Assembly: GCA_043809315.1 (NCBI GenBank)
Contig: JAZDDX010000022.1
Span: forward strand, 1-53,401
From: Pseudomonadota bacterium
Lineage (GTDB): Bacteria > Bdellovibrionota_G > JALEGL01 > DATDPG01
Direction of reading: 5' to 3'
DNA length: 53,401 nucleotides
The notes below the pieces were generated by a model. That model made no database searches. It saw nothing but the letters and a program-made list of their open reading frames with translations, and was not told the DNA's origin. The stretch's first letter is position 1. Each line of letters starts with the position of its first letter. A program made the position numbers and the translations under genes. Shown one piece after another: positions 51,033-53,401 of this stretch.

Positions 51033-51264
51033 TTGTTTATTTATATTGATTGATCGAAAAGCGGTGGGATCGGCCCATCAGATAATTGTGGGTGGCCGAT
51101 CAGTTTTCTGAGTGCCCCCCGCCCCTCTCTCAGACATTCGATACAGCTTGATCGAATCGATGCTCGGATGAACTGTGCGATAAGCTGCCGATTGAAAGAA
51201 TACAAACGTTCATTCTTTTTGATAAGAACGTCGTTTCATTTAGTATGCCGCACCTCGATTCGCC

Positions 51265-52359
51265 ATGACTCGCGCAACAAAATTCGCACTCGTCGTGGGC
51301 ACGCGCCCGAACTTCATGAAAGCGGCCCCGCTGATTCGGGCGTTAGAAAGCGTGCCAAGGTTTCAGAGCGCGCTAGTTCACACCGGCCAGCACTACGATC
51401 ATTTGATGTCCAATGCTTTTGTGAAGGATTTAAGCCTCCCGGAACCCGATGTGAACTTGAACGTGGGAAGCTCCGATCATGGAGCACAGACAGGCCTGAT
51501 CATGATCCACTTGGAGGAGTATCTGAAAAGAAATCCTCCTGATTGCCTCGTAGTCGTCGGAGACGTCAACTCGACGATGGCAGGAGCGTTGGTCGCAAGT
51601 AAAATGCAGCTGCCGATTGCCCATGTGGAAGCCGGATGCCGGAGTTTTGATCGAACCATGCCTGAGGAGATCAATCGCCTCGTAACAGATGCCCTTTCCG
51701 ACATCCTCTTTACGGCCGATCCCTATGGTGACCGAAACCTTGTTGCCGAAGGACATTCGAAAGAGAAGATCCACCGCGTCGGCAACATCATGATTGACAC
51801 CGTCGTGGAATACCTTCCCATGGCTCGTAAGCGCTGTGCCGCCAAGAAATTCGGCCTCCAGGGAAAACCGTATGTGGTCACGACAATCCACCGCCCGAGC
51901 AATGCCGACCATTTGGACACTCTTGAAAGTGTCCTGCTCGGTTTAGCTGACGTGAGCCGGAAGTGGCCTGTCGTTTTTCCCGTGCACCCGCGAACTCGGG
52001 TCAATATCGATCACTTGAGGAAGAAGCTCGATCTTCCCGATTCCCTCATTTTTTCCGCTCCCCTTTCCTATCTCGACATGCTTTCCCTGACCTGTACGGC
52101 CGTTGGCCTCCTAACCGATAGTGGCGGGCTTCAGGCGGAAGCCGCATATCTAAAAGTTCCGGCTCTGACCGTTCGCCCCAATACGGAATGGATGGTTACG
52201 ATCGACTGCGGAACCAATCGTCTCGTGAGGAGCGAAAGGAATGCGATCTCCGCAGCCGCTCAGGACTGTTTTAGATCAGGGTCCCGCGGCACGACCCCCG
52301 AACTATGGGACGGTCATGCCAGCGAACGGATCGTAGACCTGCTCCAGAAGCTGCTCTGA
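51265..52359 (+). CDS. wecB: UDP-N-acetylglucosamine 2-epimerase, non-hydrolysing (WecB/WbpI family)
   Basis: VGTRPNFMK, HTGQHYD, GDVNST, AHVEAG.RS.D..MPEEINR, HPRT and TDSGGLQ motifs. Confidence 0.93.
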   Translation: MTRATKFALVVGTRPNFMKAAPLIRALESVPRFQSALVHTGQHYDHLMSNAFVKDLSLPEPDVNLNVGSSDHGAQTGLIMIHLEEYLKRNPPDCLVVVGDVNSTMAGALVASKMQLPIAHVEAGCRSFDRTMPEEINRLVTDALSDILFTADPYGDRNLVAEGHSKEKIHRVGNIMIDTVVEYLPMARKRCAAKKFGLQGKPYVVTTIHRPSNADHLDTLESVLLGLADVSRKWPVVFPVHPRTRVNIDHLRKKLDLPDSLIFSAPLSYLDMLSLTCTAVGLLTDSGGLQAEAAYLKVPALTVRPNTEWMVTIDCGTNRLVRSERNAISAAAQDCFRSGSRGTTPELWDGHASERIVDLLQKLL

Positions 52360-52403
52360 ACAATTTGCATGCCGGACGTTTTCGTCTAATATCCGCCCCC
52401 GTT

Positions 52404-53401
52404 ATGCCAACCACGAATGAAAAAGCTTCGGTCGCCGTTATCGGCGCGGGGTACTGGGGAATCAACCTGGTCCGAAACTTCCACGCCACGGGACGACTGA
52501 AAGTCGTCTGCGATTCCTCCACGGATTCGCTCAAAAAGGTGAGCGACAAGTTCCCCGGACTTCCTCTCGAAACCGATTACCAGAAGATTCTTGCTCGTTC
52601 CGACATCTCCGGTGTGGTGATCGCGGCGCCGGCGGCGATGCACTACGACCTGACCCGGCAGGCCCTCGAGGCAGGTAAGGATGTATTCGTCGAGAAGCCG
52701 CTGGCCCTCAAGTTTCACGAGGCCTACCAGCTCCAACGCCTGGCTCAGTCCCACGAACGGATCCTAATGGTCGGTCACATCCTCCAGTACCACCCGGGGT
52801 TGCTGAAGCTCAAAGAGCTGATCACCTCCGGCGAACTCGGAACGCTCGAGTACATCTACTCCAATCGTCTGAATCTGGGGAAGATCCGGCGCGAGGAGAA
52901 CATCCTCTGGTCGTTCGCTCCGCACGACATTTCGATCATGCTCTGGCTGACCGGATCGATCCCGATTCAGGTCAACGCGGTCGGGGGGAGCTACCTCACG
53001 CCGAACGTCTTCGACACGACGATTTCCACCCTCTCCTTCGACAACGGCGTGCGGGGCCACGTCTTCGTGAGCTGGCTCCATCCCTTCAAGGAGCAGCGGC
53101 TTGTGGTCGTCGGATCAAAACGGATGGCCACGTTCGTCGACAGCGCGCCGAAGGGGGAGAAACTGCTCATGTACGAAAAGAAGATTTCCGACGTCAACGG
53201 AGCGCTGGTGGCGGAGAAGCCGAAGGGGGTACCGGTCACCTTCGACGAGGAGACGGAGCCGCTACGGGCTGAGTGCGATCATTTCCTGCACTGCATGGAA
53301 ACTCGCGAGAAGCCCCGGACGGACGGCGAGGAGGGGCTCAAGGTTCTCAAGGTCCTCCAAAGCTGTCAGAGATCATTACAGATGAACGGTCAACCCGTAC
53401 A
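52404..53401 (+). CDS. Gfo/Idh/MocA oxidoreductase (WbpB/WlbA-like sugar dehydrogenase); runs off the window end
   Basis: Not in the ORF track. Manual translation from ATG 52404: MPTTNEKASVAVIGAGYWGINLVRNF...GKDVFVEKPLAL...LMVGHILQYHP...RLNLGKIRREENILWSFAPHD...VSWLHPFKEQ. Confidence 0.9.
   Translation, partial: MPTTNEKASVAVIGAGYWGINLVRNFHATGRLKVVCDSSTDSLKKVSDKFPGLPLETDYQKILARSDISGVVIAAPAAMHYDLTRQALEAGKDVFVEKPLALKFHEAYQLQRLAQSHERILMVGHILQYHPGLLKLKELITSGELGTLEYIYSNRLNLGKIRREENILWSFAPHDISIMLWLTGSIPIQVNAVGGSYLTPNVFDTTISTLSFDNGVRGHVFVSWLHPFKEQRLVVVGSKRMATFVDSAPKGEKLLMYEKKISDVNGALVAEKPKGVPVTFDEETEPLRAECDHFLHCMETREKPRTDGEEGLKVLKVLQSCQRSLQMNGQPV

Overview
Chromosomal window from a GC-rich diderm bacterium, probably deltaproteobacterial-like (Bdellovibrionota/Myxococcota-type gene set; inference only). 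Bases 1-26.7 kb are mostly housekeeping genes: an Omp85-family protein missing from the ORF track, cbiX, trmL, orn, folK, a detached rplC, uvrB, cysS (apparent +1 G in a G8 run), uvrD/pcrA, ychF, alkD, secA, an M23 peptidase, a PP2C phosphatase, recN and gpsA. Accessory genes are interspersed: a minimal WLM/Wss1-like zinc protease, a Pro/Thr-rich lipoprotein and a toxin-first AbiE (type IV TA) pair with a palindromic operator. The strongest candidate for something undescribed lies at 12.97-16.05 kb. Two divergently oriented, distantly paralogous secreted proteins of unknown family flank alkD. One has a sigma54/IHF-type promoter, a single in-frame TAG, and sits between 19-bp direct copies of a GGGGACACAATAC REP-like repeat that also supplies the alkD start codon. 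From 26.7 kb to the end is an AT-richer surface-glycan (O-antigen/capsule) locus with seven strand switches and many tailoring enzymes (LpxD-like, PIG-L, MaoC, AAC(3)-like, WbpG/HisH2/HisF2, E1 alpha/beta, two methyltransferases). Several housekeeping genes look leaderless. I found no rRNA, tRNA, CRISPR array, integrase or transposase. All family calls come from motif recognition by eye, not database searches.
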